NCBI RefSeq assembly: GCF_009914755.1 | Contig: NC_060932.1 | Source: the human T2T-CHM13v2.0 reference genome, Homo sapiens | DNA length: 64,000 bases | Reading direction: 5' to 3' (one strand) | Shown: one piece after another, positions 14,335 to 33,151 of the stretch | Numbering within the stretch: position 1 is the stretch's first letter | How the letters are laid out: every line of letters starts with the position of its first letter | The notes under the pieces: generated by a model | What the model was told of the DNA's origin: nothing | Database searches by the model: none | What the model saw: the letters and a program-made list of their open reading frames with translations, nothing else | Translations under genes and position numbers: made by a program

Positions 14335-14790
14335 AGGGCTGATTGCAATAATGGCCTTAATTGGTAACCTCTCCTTGTGTCCACACCCTTCACTAGGTTA
14401 CTTTGCAGTTCCTCCCACTAAAATGGCAGAAAATATTTTTTGAGCTTGTAACTCTGAGTTTGACGATGTGACTTGGCTTTTTCCAATAGAGTTAGATGGA
14501 GGTGGCGGCAGGTCTGTTCTGAGCCTAGGCCTCTAGAGACCCAGGCTGTTCCATGTGCTTTTCTGTATTTCTGCCATCATCCTGGGGACATGTCTGAGTG
14601 ACTCAGCTGAGTCCAGCCTGGAGGAGCAGATCAGCCAACCTACCCCTAGACAGGAAGGCAAACCCAGTCTTTATCTGCAGAGCTGCTTAGCAGACCGCAG
14701 TTGATTTCAGCCATGTGATCAACAAATGCTTATTTTTATATGCTACCTAGATTTTTGTTGTCGTATTACCCAGAAAAAGCTAACTGATAT
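14335..14790 (+). mobile_element. MLT1 (G/H-like) MaLR LTR
   Basis: actttgcagttcctcccact near the start; aaatgcttattt...aaaagctaactgatata at the end. Confidence 0.65.
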
Positions 14791-14837
14791 AAACAGATAA
14801 GAAAACTCATCACATTGAAAGCAGGAAAGTTTGTGTG

Positions 14838-15040
14838 GTGGTTTCTCAAAACGTAGGCCATCCACCTCCTGTTGTCAGAAAGATTTTATTGTATTTGTTA
14901 GAACGTAGAGAGCTAGGTCATATCTGAGACTCACTGAATCAAAGTATTTGGGAAAAGGTTATCTGAAAATGGATATATGGGAGCAAATATTTAATATTCC
15001 CGTAATTATTATGTACCTTAAAATTCGAAGATTGATGCTC
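14838..15040. mobile_element. MER5B-like MITE
   Basis: gtggtttctcaaa start, actcactgaatcaaag core, aaattcgaagattgatgctcta end. Confidence 0.45.
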
Positions 15041-15753
15041 TATGGACTCAATCTCCTAGGGGAGTAGATATTTCTTCTTCTCCCCTAGGTGATGACAGCA
15101 GAAAATTTCCCAAGAGAACTATCAATGGGACATGTTTGGACACTTCCTTAAGCTAGATTCCCACAAGTATAGTAAGCATAAGAGTCATAGAAAAAAACAA
15201 CCATACACAAATTTTCATGGTCTGTTCATGAATGCATCTATGTCTGTTCTGTAAACAATGTGTTTGAGAGTCATGATGTATCTTTGCACCACAGACAGAT
15301 TTACTGTCAAAATTACACAAATAAAAAGAGTTAAGTCCTGGGATAAAACTCTCAGTGATCTACGTTTCTCAAACCCTTTATGTAATAAGTAATTTTCAGT
15401 CTTTTTCCCCCTACATACAAAATATGTGGGGAGTTCTAGATTGTATAACCATACATATAACCTCAAAAAAAGCAAATTTCCTTTTTTTCTGGTTTTGGAG
15501 TTTATAAAAGTCATTTGAAATGGCTGGCACTAAATGTTCATATGGTGGATTTGGACACCATAAAAGTTTACATTTTTGTGACTGTGTGCTATATCATGTC
15601 CTGGATTCAATTGCTTAAATAACATACAATATTGCACTTTCATATCTTGAAATATCAGTAAAACTTTGCCATCCCATTAGTTTTATGATTAATAAATTTT
15701 GATGTGATTATTAAAATACAAGTTTAAGTAAATGACCATTGTTTTAGCTGTTA

Positions 15754-16160
15754 CATTAGTCAATGTTCTTCACAGAAGCATAACCAAAAGGGGGAAGAGA
15801 GATTAATTTACTGTAAGAAATTGGCTCATGCAGTTGTGGAAGCTGAAAAGTCCCAATATCTGTAGTCAGTGAGCTGGAGACCAAAGAAAGCTGATGGCGT
15901 AGGTTCCATTCCAAGACCTAGAAGAAGCCCAGTGTCTCAGCTTCAAGACAGTCAGGCAGAGAGAGCAAACTCTCCTTTACTCAACCTTTCTGTTCTAATT
16001 AGGCTTTCAAAGAATTGAATGAAGCCCATCCACACTGGGAAGGCAATCTGCTTTGTTCAGTCTACTGATTCAACTGTCAATCTCATCCAGAAACACCTTC
16101 CCAGATGCACCAAGAATGTTTAAGCAAATATCTGGGCACCTCGTGGTCCAGTCAATTTGA
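15754..16160 (-). mobile_element. MLT2 (ERVL) LTR
   Basis: aagaaattggctcatgcagttgtggaagctgaaaagtccc and terminal gtcaatttgacatataaaattaaccatc. Confidence 0.8.
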
Positions 16161-17480
16161 CATATAAAATTAACCATCCGATGGTTCAACATACATGTAC
16201 CTGTGATGTTTAACCTACAAATAAAGATTGCTAAGAGGTCAATATTTCTGAGAAGGAAAATTGTTCTACATGTATAGTCTTATGGCTTTACGTTACAGTT
16301 TGGAAAACTGTTTTCCAAACCTGGCTGCCTGTAAAATAAGTTCTCAGGAGAAGTGAATGGAAAAACAGACAGTGAAGTTTCTTTCTTTTATTTCTATTTC
16401 TTAATTCCAAAGTGTTTTGTTTGTTATATAATAATAAGATAAAGGTAAAAGATTAGTCAATATATAGAGGAAACACTGGGATTACAGAGAATGCTCTGAA
16501 ATAATAACTGTGTAGTCACAGAATGTTTTAAAATGTAATATTAATTAATTATTTTTTGTAATCATAAATTTACTTTCCCTAGTACCTGTAGGAAAATGTA
16601 CTTTCCATGGTACTAATGCCTAATAGCTTACCAAGCATAAACAAAAATAGATGTCTTAAATTAAGTGTTCTTAATTTTTAGGTGAGATATACATGTTATA
16701 AACAAACGTAAAGATAAAACCTACCAGGTTAACCTTACTCTTCCCTTGAAGGTAAATATTAAAATATTTTGATTGTTTATTTATTTATTCATTCATTTAT
16801 CTTGCAAAGTTTTCCATCCTAGTGCAGAGAGCATAACAATAATATTTGCAAAGATGACCAGGAGAAAAAAATTTAAGAGCCTGAATACTTTTACTCTGTA
16901 TTAGTTAAGGTGACACTAATTGTTTAGAAATTTGAAAATGTAGAATGTTTCAAAGATGAGAAAAATTTATTTATCTCACATATAAAGTCCCAAATGGTTG
17001 TTCCTAATCTGGATAACTCTCCTTCAACTGGGGATGTAGGCGTCCATGTTCCTTCCACGTTATGGTTGTACCTTATTAAATATGTTGCTTACAAGTTCCC
17101 TGCAATCATTTTGCAACAAGCTGGTAGAAGGTGAGAATCCCATCAGTGAGAAGGGTTTATGGGCCAGTCTTGAAGGGTTAAGCAGTGCACATCACTTCTC
17201 ATCACATTTTATTGCCAGAACTCAGTCACATGGCCACACCTAACTAGAAGGAACATTGAGAAATAGTTAAATTGGGTGTGCAAAAACATACAGGTGACAT
17301 TGCTAATAGCTGGCTGGCTCTGAATGTTTATATGACAGATTTGGATGCCGTAAAAGCTCACACTTTCAATCTAGTTTTGATTTATGGGATCCAGAGATCA
17401 GGCAAATGCTTCTTATGGGCTTATAATGGACACATTTGATCACTTTCAGAGTGCACACTTTAATTGGTGGTGCACGGTAG

Positions 17481-17688
17481 CAGGGTCTGCAATCTTTTGT
17501 GTAAAGGGCCAGATAGTAAATACTGTAGACGCTGCAGGTCATAGAGTCTTTTTCTTTACCACTCAACTCTACCATTGTAACACCAAAACAGGCAGTATGA
17601 GTGGGTCGGGCTATATTACACAAACACTATTTACAAAAACAGGAGGTGAGCTGGATTTGTTCCATGAGCCGTAGTTTGTTGACTACTG
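17481..17688. mobile_element. MER58A (hAT-Charlie MITE)
   Basis: cagggtctgcaa...tgtaaagggccagatagtaaata...gccgtagtttgttgactactg with degenerate TIRs. Confidence 0.85.
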
Positions 17689-18157
17689 CTGTAGTTGAAA
17701 TATTCATTTATAGACTGCTTATACTGTCTTTTTCTTACAAGTACTATAGCTTTTTCTCCATTGCTATTGTAATTAGTTGAACATAGTTAAATTAGCACTC
17801 ATCTTGACATATCCTTACTATGTATATTTTTTGAGAAGGGTGAAAACTATATACAGCTATTATGGCCGTCTAGTTGCTTGCCCTTGAAATGTTGTTCCAC
17901 TGTGAGTCTAGGGCTTGAGAGAAATGGCAGGAGTGTTTGAGAACTCAAAATGTGCCTTAACCACTATCTTTCTATTGTAAATGGGCAGAATCTCAATTTA
18001 AAAAATGGTAGAAAGAAAAAAGAGCTTCTATTGGCTCGTATAACTGAAAAGACCAGAAATAGATTTTCAGGCAGAGCGAGATCCAGATGATTAAACAATA
18101 TTTCTATAAATGTCTGCTATCTCTGTCTATCTGTCTGCTATCATTTTCTGAATGTGG

Positions 18158-18931
<774 letters not shown>

Positions 18932-21055
18932 TGTAGTCTTTCACTTTTAAGGTAACTATTTTCAAGTAATTTCGAAAATAATCTTCTATACTTTGGGGCT
19001 TATATCCTATTTGATCAAGTAAGCTCAGTAAACATATAAGTCTTTTTTTCTCTATTGTTTCAGTAAAAGTGGTGGTAGGGATAACATGCATTGTTCTAAC
19101 TTAAATCAATGCCATTCTGTATACCTGATGGCTGAAAGGAAGAGATAAACTCCTTAGTCTGGCAAGCATTACATTCCCATGTTTTGGAGGTATGGAATGT
19201 GGAGTAAAAGTGAGACAGATAAAGTTAGCCTAAGGAAAATCAAACTCTCATACCAGAAACTGAGGGAATGCATAGTGGCTGAACAAAAATCATCTACCGT
19301 AATTTAATACATTTATTTTTCAAAGTTTTCCAAATAGAATTTAGGTGACTGTATTGCAAAATTATTATATATGGATGCTTTGGTTGAGGGGCTAAGGAAA
19401 ACCAGAAAAACATATTATTAAGGTGACTTCAATCCCTCTCTAGGGATACTTATCCTTACAAAATTTGATTCAGTTAAAAACTGACACAGTCCTCCTCTTC
19501 TTAGAACAAATTCTGTCCTATAAGATGCTGAATGTTGAGAATGGTCTAATTGGAATATAAAATTATCCTGATAAAATAATTTGAATTTGTTATATTGATA
19601 CAAAATATGAGAGTCTGTTCTGCCAAGATATTAATTTTAATGGACATAAAATAAAGATGTTTTTAATAATTAGATTTAAATTTGCTCCAGTGGTTATACA
19701 TTCCAGATGTTTACATCTATGACTTGCTTGTTAATAAATTTAGATTTAGAATTAACTGACCAATTTGTTATTTGCATTTTCTTCCATATTTATGGCTATC
19801 TGTGCCAAATTTGCCTTCCTAAAATACTATGTAATTCTTTTATTCCACAAGGAAATAACATCCACCAGATGGTATAAGTATACACGCATAAAGCCCAGAT
19901 GTCAATATTTTTAAAACTTCATTTTTAATGAGTAGAGATGAAAGCAAACATGAATTACATAATGGTTAGCATTTCAGACTACTCAAATTCCAGGGAAAAA
20001 GTTGAGAATGTTCCCTACTGCTACAAGTTGGTGCCCATTAAAAAAATCATTAAAAAATTGATAGCATAGGATATAGGTAAATTATTTTTGCCTGAAATGT
20101 ATTAAGAATCATTGTAATCTTGAATTAAGCTAAAAAATAATCTGCAAAAGTTCAACATGAAGGCAATATTATTTAACAGAAGCATATGTGATAAGATTAA
20201 GGAGCCTCAACATGAATCTTCATATGATGCAACTTGAAAAAATACAAGTTAATGTGATGATGAGTAAAATAAACTCAGGAGATGACCGTCTTTTTCCAGC
20301 ATGCCCCAGTGTAAAAACACCTGGGGAATTCCGTGGCATTCTATGCCATAAGTACTGCATGGAAAACTGACAAACAGAAATTCAACCAGAAAATAACAGC
20401 TGCGTCATATGGGGACTGCTTATGACAAGTGGAGACAGTTAAGCTGGAGCAAAGAGGAAGAGATGAAGCGTTGTCACAAACTTGCCATATAGAAGACTCT
20501 GTGAAGACAAGAGGACAAATACCCCATTAATATAAAGGAAACATCCTAACATTAATGTTGATTCACAACGGAATGGATTTTCTTGGAGGGTTTTAAGTTT
20601 CCTGCATTAGGAACATTCATGGAGATTCAAAATTGTCAAGAATATGATGGAGAGCAAGTGTTCTGTCAATATTTTTGGAATGAATACATGATGATAGGAA
20701 AGATAATTGAAATTTATTGAGCATCTACCATGTTTCTCTTCTAGGAAAACAGTCATATCATTTCTTTAAAGAGCCTTGTTCACAGGAAATATTGTAATCT
20801 TTATCTTACTGATTAGACCACTGATGGTCAGTAAATGGGGAGCCAGAATTCTTCCAAAGGTCTTTCTGATTTTCTGATTTCAAAACCTATTCATGCTCTG
20901 TCTAGATTTTTTTTAGATCAAGATTATGCAATCTGTTGTTTAATATAGATGTTATTGGGGTGAAAGCTGATAAAATACAGATATACAAGCATGTTACAAA
21001 ATATTATGTGTGTCAATAAAGAAAACCCAACTGATAGAGGCTTTTTTTCTGCTGA

Positions 21056-21406
<351 letters not shown>

Positions 21407-21489
21407 TAGATAGTGCTAAGTGCTATATAGAAAATGTAAAAGTAGAGAAGTAAATTGAGATCTTTACATAATGTAGTCATGTTAGGACT

Positions 21490-21860
21490 TGATATAGTTT
21501 GGACATTGTTCCCCCTAAATCTCATGAGGAATTGTAATCCCCAGTGTTGGAGGTGGAGCCTGGTGAGAGGTGACTGGATCGTGGGGGTAGATTTTTCATG
21601 AATGGTTTAGCAAGATCTGGCTGTTTAAAAGTGTGTGGCATCTTTCTTCTCTCTCTCTTGCTTCTGCTCTCACCGTGTGATGTGCCTGCTTCTGCTTTGC
21701 CCTCTACCATGAGTAAAAGCTCATTGAGGCCTCCTTCAAAACCAAGCAGATGCCCATGCTTATACAGTCTGTGGAACTGCGAGCCAGTTAAACCTCCTTT
21801 CTTTATAGGTTACCCAGCTTCAGGTATATCTTTATAGCAAGGCAAAAATGGCTTGATACA
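21490..21860 (+). mobile_element. MST (A/B) MaLR solo LTR
   Basis: tgatatagtttgg...cttgataca termini; TSD ggact/ggacc. Confidence 0.88.
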
Positions 21861-22087
21861 GGACCCTTTGAAGAGGTAAAGTATAGATAATACCTAAATG
21901 ATGAGGAGTCAGGTGGGAGATGGCCAGAGGAAATGAGTTCCAGGCAGAAGTAGCAGAAAGTCTTCAGGAAGGAGGGCAGGGTTGGCACTTTCAAAATTCT
22001 GCAAAAACAAAAAAAAATTGTATTATTAAAACTTGATGAATAAGAGACATAATTCATGAAGATGGTCAGGGAGAAAGATAGACAATA

Positions 22088-25055
<2,968 letters not shown>

Positions 25056-25543
25056 GACACAATAAATAGAACTTCTGCTCTATAGCCGGGTGTGTAGATC
25101 TGATTCTTGGGGACGTCTAGTATAATTTGGGTTATGTGTTAAAAGTTGTTCAATACTGGATGAGAGAATAAGTGAAAGATTGATACAGATAGAAGAAAAA
25201 GATCAGCAGGAAAAATTTTTCAGAATAAATAGAAAGTGAGAGAGTTTGAAAGTGTAGATGGAGAGATAAATAGATAGTTTCTAGCTATAAAATCAACTTT
25301 ATTGAGGTATAATTTGCATGCAATAAAGTACAAGCTTTTTAAGTTCCATGTGCTTTGACACATAATGTATCCTTAAGTACTTTTTAGGGAACATAATCAA
25401 GGAATAAGAAAGAGCTCATGTATAAAAATATTATAATGTACAAGCTAAGATGATGTCTTGGGAAATAAATGAAGGCAACCTCTCAGAATGTAGGACAAAG
25501 AGACATAGAGACTTAGAAATATTGACAGAAAAGATAAAAGATT

Positions 25544-25775
25544 TATCTTAGCTTGGGCTGCTATAACCAAGTCCGTAGACTGGGTGGTTTAAACATTGAT
25601 TTCTCATAGTTCTGAAAATGATCCCTTTGTATCTCTTGTTATGAGGGCATAATCCCATTTCTAAGGGCTCCATCTTAATAACCTCCCTAAAGCCCCACCC
25701 CCTAATATTATTACATTAAGGATTAGGATTTCAAGGTTGTGAATTTTGGGGGGACACAACATTCAGTCCATATCA
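25544..25775 (-). mobile_element. Internally deleted MLT1A/MST-type LTR
   Basis: cttagcttgggctgctataac...agactgggtggtttaaac and gggggacacaacattcagtccatatca. Confidence 0.75.
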
Positions 25776-26011
25776 GAGATGTAGAGGATCATTCCAATTT
25801 CAAACTATGAAAAATATTTTTAAAGTGAAGAACATAGTTACATAAACTGATATTGTATAAAGTTTAGTGGGAGAAAAAGCAGATAACTTTGAAGGGAGCA
25901 AGCACCAGGCAATATTAGCCCAACTGCTCATTAGCAACATTGATTATTAAATGTTGATGCAACGGTGCCTTTAAAAATCTGAACAGAAAATTACTTCTAG
26001 TCTAGAATTCT

Positions 26012-26168
26012 TTTTTTTTTTTTTTGAGATAGAGTCTCTTTCTGTCACCCAGGCTGGAGGGTATTGGCGCGATCTTGGCTCACTGCAAGCTCCACCTCTC
26101 AGGTTGACACCATTCTCCTGCCTCAGCATCCTGAGTAGCTGGGACTACAGGCACCTGCCACCACACCC
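26012..26168 (-). mobile_element. 5'-truncated AluY (right monomer only)
   Basis: cactgcaagctcc and ccattctcc diagnostics; TSD tctagtctagaattct / tctagcctagaattct. Confidence 0.9.
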
Positions 26169-26561
26169 TCTAGCCTAGAATTCTATACCCAGCCAAACTA
26201 CTAATCAAGTTTGAGGGTAGAATAAAGTCATTTTCAGAAATTCATAATCTCAGAATGTTTATATTGCACACACTTTGTCTTTGAAGTTTTTTGAGAAAAG
26301 CTTTAGGAAACCAAGTAAGAGAAAGACAAGGGATTCAGGAAACAGTGGGTGGATCTAACCCAAAGAGGTAATAATGGGACATCCTAGATAATGTTACGCA
26401 TAGGCTCAGAGCACCAAAATGAAGAAAGCTGATGGAATCATCTGGAAGCACCTTTCTGGGGGGGAAAAAGATGAAACTTTAGAAAACTTGATTAGAAGAT
26501 AAAGGTAAATGAAGCTGACCCCAAAAAAAGCGTAATATATGTGGTATTAAGAAGCACACAA

Positions 26562-27640
<1,079 letters not shown>

Positions 27641-27707
27641 GAAAAATAAATGTAAGTCATTACACTTTTAAATAAAACTTGTTTGAAACTTTAAAAAAAA
27701 AAAAAAA
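27641..27707 (+). other. Probable L1 3' transduction with its own AATAAA and second A-tail
   Basis: Non-L1 ~50 nt; AATAAA at 27671-27676; A15 at 27693-27707; then TSD copy aagaagcagaaaagt matching 26549-26563 at 13/15. Confidence 0.8.
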
Positions 27708-28533
27708 GAAGCAGAAAAGTTTTCACATTTGGCCTGTAAAGGAGGAAAGCATTATCAACACACTATATGGCTCCGGAGTGAACATTATCAACAATAATAT
27801 AATAATTTTAAAATTTTTGAGTCTCTGCAAATCAACACAAAACAGAATATAAATATTACCAAATCTGATGTTATAAAAGTAAATCCATAGATGACATATT
27901 ATATATGGAAGACGTAGGAGAAAGGAGGAAAGGATGGGATCTCTTTTACTCTTCAGCCAAAAGTAAAAGAGATACTATCACTAAGGAATCAAAAATAGAT
28001 GGTTTATGTCAGTTAATTAAATTTGTAATGGTAACCAGGGGAGTATCCATAAACAGTGAAATAATCATTGGGAATAAAGAGCAAAAAAATGTAGCTTCAG
28101 TGAGGTAAATTCTCTCCTATCATATCTCAAAGTCAATAAGTGATATCTTCATCCAATAAGGCAATAAAAATCAATATAAACACATGATTCAGAATTATGG
28201 AGATGACTACTGGAGGAATTCAGAACGGTAAATGCTTTTTGCTTCTGAAAGCAGAAGTGGAGAAAAGTAATGATGTTCTTCAGAAATATTTAATTTTTAA
28301 AAGTCATATATGTTTTATGTATCTCGTTGGTAAACCTAAAAAAGTAAAGATCAAATACTATGAACTAGGAATAGAATTTCTTAAATATTAGTTGTGTTGG
28401 AAATCTTTTAATTATTATGAACTGATTTAATACATACATATTTTTAATACACCTAACTTCTGCTAAGTAATATTAAAAAATATAAACATGATGAAAAGTA
28501 TACTTGTATCCAAATGTGTAGAAATAGTGCTAT

Positions 28534-28748
28534 TATACCTAGTAATGGGATGGCTGGGTCAAATGGTATTTCTAGTTCTAGATCCTTGAGGAATCGCCAC
28601 ACTGTTTTCCACAATGGTTGAACTAGTTTACAGTCCCACCAACAGTGTAAAAGTGTTCCTATTTCTCCACACCCTCTCCAGCACCTGTTGTTTCCTGACT
28701 TTTTAATGCTCACCATTCTAACTTGTGTGAGATGGTATCTCATTGTGG
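28534..28748 (-). mobile_element. L1 #3 (L1PA5/6-like) inverted 5' segment
   Basis: ORF 28453..28743(-) MRYHLT...[18 protein letters not shown]...FDPAIPLLG. Confidence 0.95.
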
Positions 28749-29266
28749 GTATATACCCAAAGGATTATAAATCATGCTGCTATAAAGACACATGCACACG
28801 TATATTTATTGTGGCACTATTCACAATAGCAAAGACTTGGAACCAGTCCAAATGTCCATCAATGATAGACTGGATTAAGAAATTGTGGCACATATACACC
28901 ATGGAATACTATGCAGCCATAAAAAAGGATGAGTTCGTGTCCTTTGTAGGGACATGAATGAAGCTGGAAACCATCATTCTCAGCAAACTATTGCAAGGAC
29001 AGAAAACCAAACACCGCATGTTCTCATTCATAGGTGGGAACTGAACAATGAGAACACTTGGACACAGGGTGGGGAACATCACACACTGGGGCGTGTCATG
29101 GGGTGGGGGGAGTGGGGAGGGATAGCATTAGGAGATATACCTAATGTAAGTGATGAGTTAACGGGTGCAGCACACCAACATGGCACATGTATACATATGT
29201 AACAAACCTGCACGTTGTGCACATGTACCCTATAACTTAAAGTATAATTTAAAAAAATTTAAAAAA
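28746..29266 (+). mobile_element. L1 #3 sense segment and A-tail
   Basis: aaaaaggatgag, gaagctggaaacc, ccaacatgg and aacaaacctgcacgttg (older than #1/#2); TSD agaaatagtgctatta / agaaatagtgctgtta. Confidence 0.95.
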
Positions 29267-32200
29267 AGAAATAGTGCTGTTACCTTTGATTATTAAAAAA
29301 AGAGTTTTTTTTAATGGATTTAATGGGTTTAGAATTGATGAAAGGAAAACATTGTGGTAATTTTCTGGAGTGTGCCTCAGTCGATATTTGTTTATCTTAG
29401 TGGCATGTTCTTTCTCATTGCTAGGCAATAAAGATATTTTTAAAATTATGTCACAAATTTTTATTATTAAGTGCTGGAAACTTTGTTAATAAAATGAGAA
29501 CTCATCTTGCTCACTAAACTCAATTCAGAACAATTTTAGTTAAACAAAAATTGGAAGAATTATAGACTCAGCCAGCCAAATACTAATAAATATCACATGC
29601 ACCATAAATTGCACAAGATCTGAATATACTGTGTTCTTTGTTAACATTAAATAATTATTCAATATTGTGAGGTTTCAATTCACTTCATTTTGGGAATATT
29701 CAGTGGTTTTAAGTGATAAATTACATACCATTATTGTCATTTCTTAATGTCAGATTATCTGTTAACCTCTGAGTAATTTTCATTGAAATAACTTGTAGAA
29801 AAGTCAGAGAAATATGATGTTTATTATTCAAGATTATTTGTAGCAATTTGTTAATATTTTTGGCAATCTTTATATTCTAGAACGCTAATATTACGCAAAA
29901 TGAATTGGCACATTTGTATTGCTTGGCTAATAATAACTTTCACAGCATGTCACTCTAGAGACATGAGCTTGAAAAGAACCCAAGAACTTCTACATCTCTG
30001 AGGGACCAAGTGAAGGAACATGCAGACTCTTAGTAGATATATTTACTTTTTCATTAAAAAAAGTAGATTTGTGTTAAGTTTTGACTTTGAGTTTCTAGGC
30101 ATTTTAAACATGCCCTTGAATCAAGATATTACATATTGAAATTGATTTTGGTTAACGCGCCGTGGTAAGTCATTATGTAGTCCTGAGTCCCCTCTTGATT
30201 TCTTTTATTTGAGTTCCTTGTTTTTCGCTGGTCACACAATTTCCATTTTTGCTCTCTCTATGGAAAACTTTTGCAAATCTCAAATAATTTTCTTAACAGG
30301 CAACTATAAAATGCATACCATCCAGTGTTTACTCAAGGGTGCTTTCTGATTCTGATCCTTTTAATTTGCTTTAGCATGTTTAATGTAACTCACTTTTATT
30401 ACATAGAAGATAATGGTAAATGGCCCCAAATCTGTGAATGTCACATAAACACCAGATGGTTGGAGCATGGGGAAAAATAGGGAGTGCTCTAGGAAGCTAG
30501 TCTAGACTAACACTTATTAAGTGCGTTTTTGTGTTTCTTTTAGTTCAGTTGCATCAAATTCCCAATTTTTGTGTGCTATGGAGAAACACAATTTGGAGTA
30601 ATATAAATGAGAGCCAATTACTGTGGAATTTGTAGCCTTTTCCACATAACTAGGTACTAATAAGAGAAACAAGAGAAAACATTGAGAATTGGTAAAAGAG
30701 AAGGAAAGGAGAGAAGGAGAGAAGAAAAGACTGTGCTAATGAAGATAATCTGCTTGAATTATTAAATATGGCCCAAACAAACCATCTGAGAGTGCAGTTA
30801 GCTTCTGAAATCTGTAGAGAATGTGACAAGAACTTTACTCCTTATTTGAAGATGAAGCTAATTCTTCATAAGATGTTTTCCATGTATGACATCTAGGATT
30901 GCAAATTAGAGTTAGAAGGTGCTGGCAGTGTGTGGGTTAATGGTGAGCTGCCCCCAAAGCACCTTAACTCAAAATTATTTTTTAAACTTAGAACCAAATC
31001 TATAGAAGATTAAATCATTGCTCATTATGGAGTGTCCATTTGCAGGCACACACTGAGACAATCAATAAACTTTACTCGATCCTTATAGGAGAAGGTGCTC
31101 CCTGGGATTCTGCCTGGGCCAAGACGGCAGGCAAGCATGTGCCCCTCTCTATAGTAGTGAAGACAGCTGGTGAGAAAGCCTTATATATTAGAGACACTTT
31201 ATGTATTGAGGGTATCCTATTATGTCTTATTATCCTACTCTTACAAAATTCTCTTCTGCCTGATAATCCCAATTTTTGAAATTTCCTTGAATACGTTATT
31301 TTTTCACACCTTTTAGACACATGAAATTCCTGTAGAACTTCTCCAGTCTCTCCAAGCCACCATTAAACTTTGGCCAAGATGTACTTCAATTTGACCGATT
31401 CCATCAAGTAATAGATTTGAATTTCATTCAGGGTGGTTCCGAGGTATAAGAGGTAATTATTATCTCAATCCTTTAAAAAGTGTGACTGCAGATTTTATTT
31501 GAACACAGGAATGTAGAGATTATGTTTTTTATTCAGCTAAATAATTGAATCTTATCACCTAAAGCACACAACTTTCATTTGAAAAGTAAAAACACAAAAA
31601 CAAAAATAAAAATCAATCTGTCCTTTAATCTTCAAAATGCCAGGTAACTGCCATTATCTTTTGTGACTTTTTTTTTTAAACACATTGGTCAGATGATTTT
31701 TGCTATAGTGGAAAAATAGGGTTTAATAGAGTACGGGGACTTTTTTTTTTTCTTCAGTCGTGGGCAGTTCTTTTCTGTTTCTTAATTGTAAAATGTAAAT
31801 AACACCATAAAAATTTAATTATCCATAATGCCAGAAATCTAGCAAGGCTATTTCCAATTTTGCATATCCTTTCTGACCTTTGGCAGAAGCATTGAGTGGG
31901 CACAGAAACATGGCTTAAATCCTTATTAGCCTGCTATAACAAAGAAAGTTTGAAAAAGGAAATCAAGAAAAAATAACAGAGTAAAAGGTTTACTGTTTTC
32001 AGCAGGGCAATCTTCCCAAAAGCAATTCCTTCTGGCCCCAAATCAAAGGGTACTAGATAAGCAGTTCCTCCCATCACCCTGGGAAAAGTGCAGAGCGGAT
32101 TGATTTTGCAATCTACTCAGAAAGGACTGTGGGAATCATGAGATTGGAAATGTGGTCAAGGTGAGGTCAGTCATGGGTCATTCATTCATTCCTTCTTGCA

Positions 32201-32579
32201 AACCTTTACCGAGTACAGACTATGTGTCATGCTTTTGCTTCTGGGAAGGCAAAAGTGCATAAAATGCAGTTTGTGACTTTGCAAATTTCATAGACTATTG
32301 GAAGATGCTGATGTGCAGGTAAGTAAAAATACATCAAGGCTGTAATAGAAGGATCAATAGAGTTTGGAGCAAAGGGAATGGACAACTCAAATTGATCCTG
32401 AAATTTGGAAAATTCTTCAACAGAAAAACTCTAGGTGGCTCCTGAAGAATATATGTAGACTGCAAAGGAACAGGTGAAATGAAGGAGAGAAGAGTATTTC
32501 AAGGTATTACGTTAGATTAGTTCTTGGGTGGCAATTTGTCAGGGCTCACACCTAAAATCAGAATGAGATGTCATAGTAG

Positions 32580-32770
32580 CTGCCATTTAGCTTTGACTGT
32601 GTCAGACACTGTGCTTACTGCTTTACTGCATCATCTCATTAATTTCCACCACAACTATTTTGAGTTAGATGTTATTCTCATTTTAATAATGAGGAAACCA
32701 AACCTAGAGAGTTTAAGTAATTAGCTTAAGGTTTCACAAATTTGAATCCATATTTGTCTGATGCCCTGTG
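32580..32770 (-). mobile_element. MIR
   Basis: attctcattttaataatgaggaaacc...agagagtttaagtaattagc core. Confidence 0.7.
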
Positions 32771-32837
32771 ATCAATGACAACATTCAGTCTAGCTATGCA
32801 GTTTTGAGGTTACTAGAAGTTCTAAAACCAGTCTCCA

Positions 32838-33151
32838 GGCTTATGCCTGTAATCCTAGCACTTTGGGAGCCCGAGGCAGTTGGATTGCCTGAGCTCAGGA
32901 GTTCGAGACCAGCCTGGGCAACACTGTGAAACCCCGTCTCTACTGAAAAAAAAAAAAAAAAATACAAAAAATTAGCCAGGCGTAGTGGCATTTACCTGTA
33001 GTTCCAGCTACTCAGGAGGCTGAGGCAGGAAAATTGCCTGAACCCGGGAGGAGGAGGGATGTTGCAGTGAGCCGAGATCGAACTACTGCGCTCCAGCCTG
33101 GGCAACACAGCGAGACTCCGTCTCTACAAAAAAAAAAAAAAAAAAAAAAAA
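32838..33151 (+). mobile_element. Alu (S-like), slightly 5'-truncated, expanded middle A-run
   Basis: ggcttatgcctgtaatcc start, dimer structure, long A-tail. Confidence 0.93.

Larger units (their letters stand above)
25380..26350 (+). mobile_element. Ancient L1M/HAL1 ORF1-like fragment hosting younger insertions
   Basis: ctagaattctatacccagccaaacta...aagtttgagggtagaataaagtcattttcaga (PRILYPAKL-like). Confidence 0.65.

Noticed and set aside
32316-32324. Consensus splice donor CAG/GTAAGT
   Set aside because: Isolated 9-mer in probable L2-derived sequence; no supportable acceptor or reading frame.
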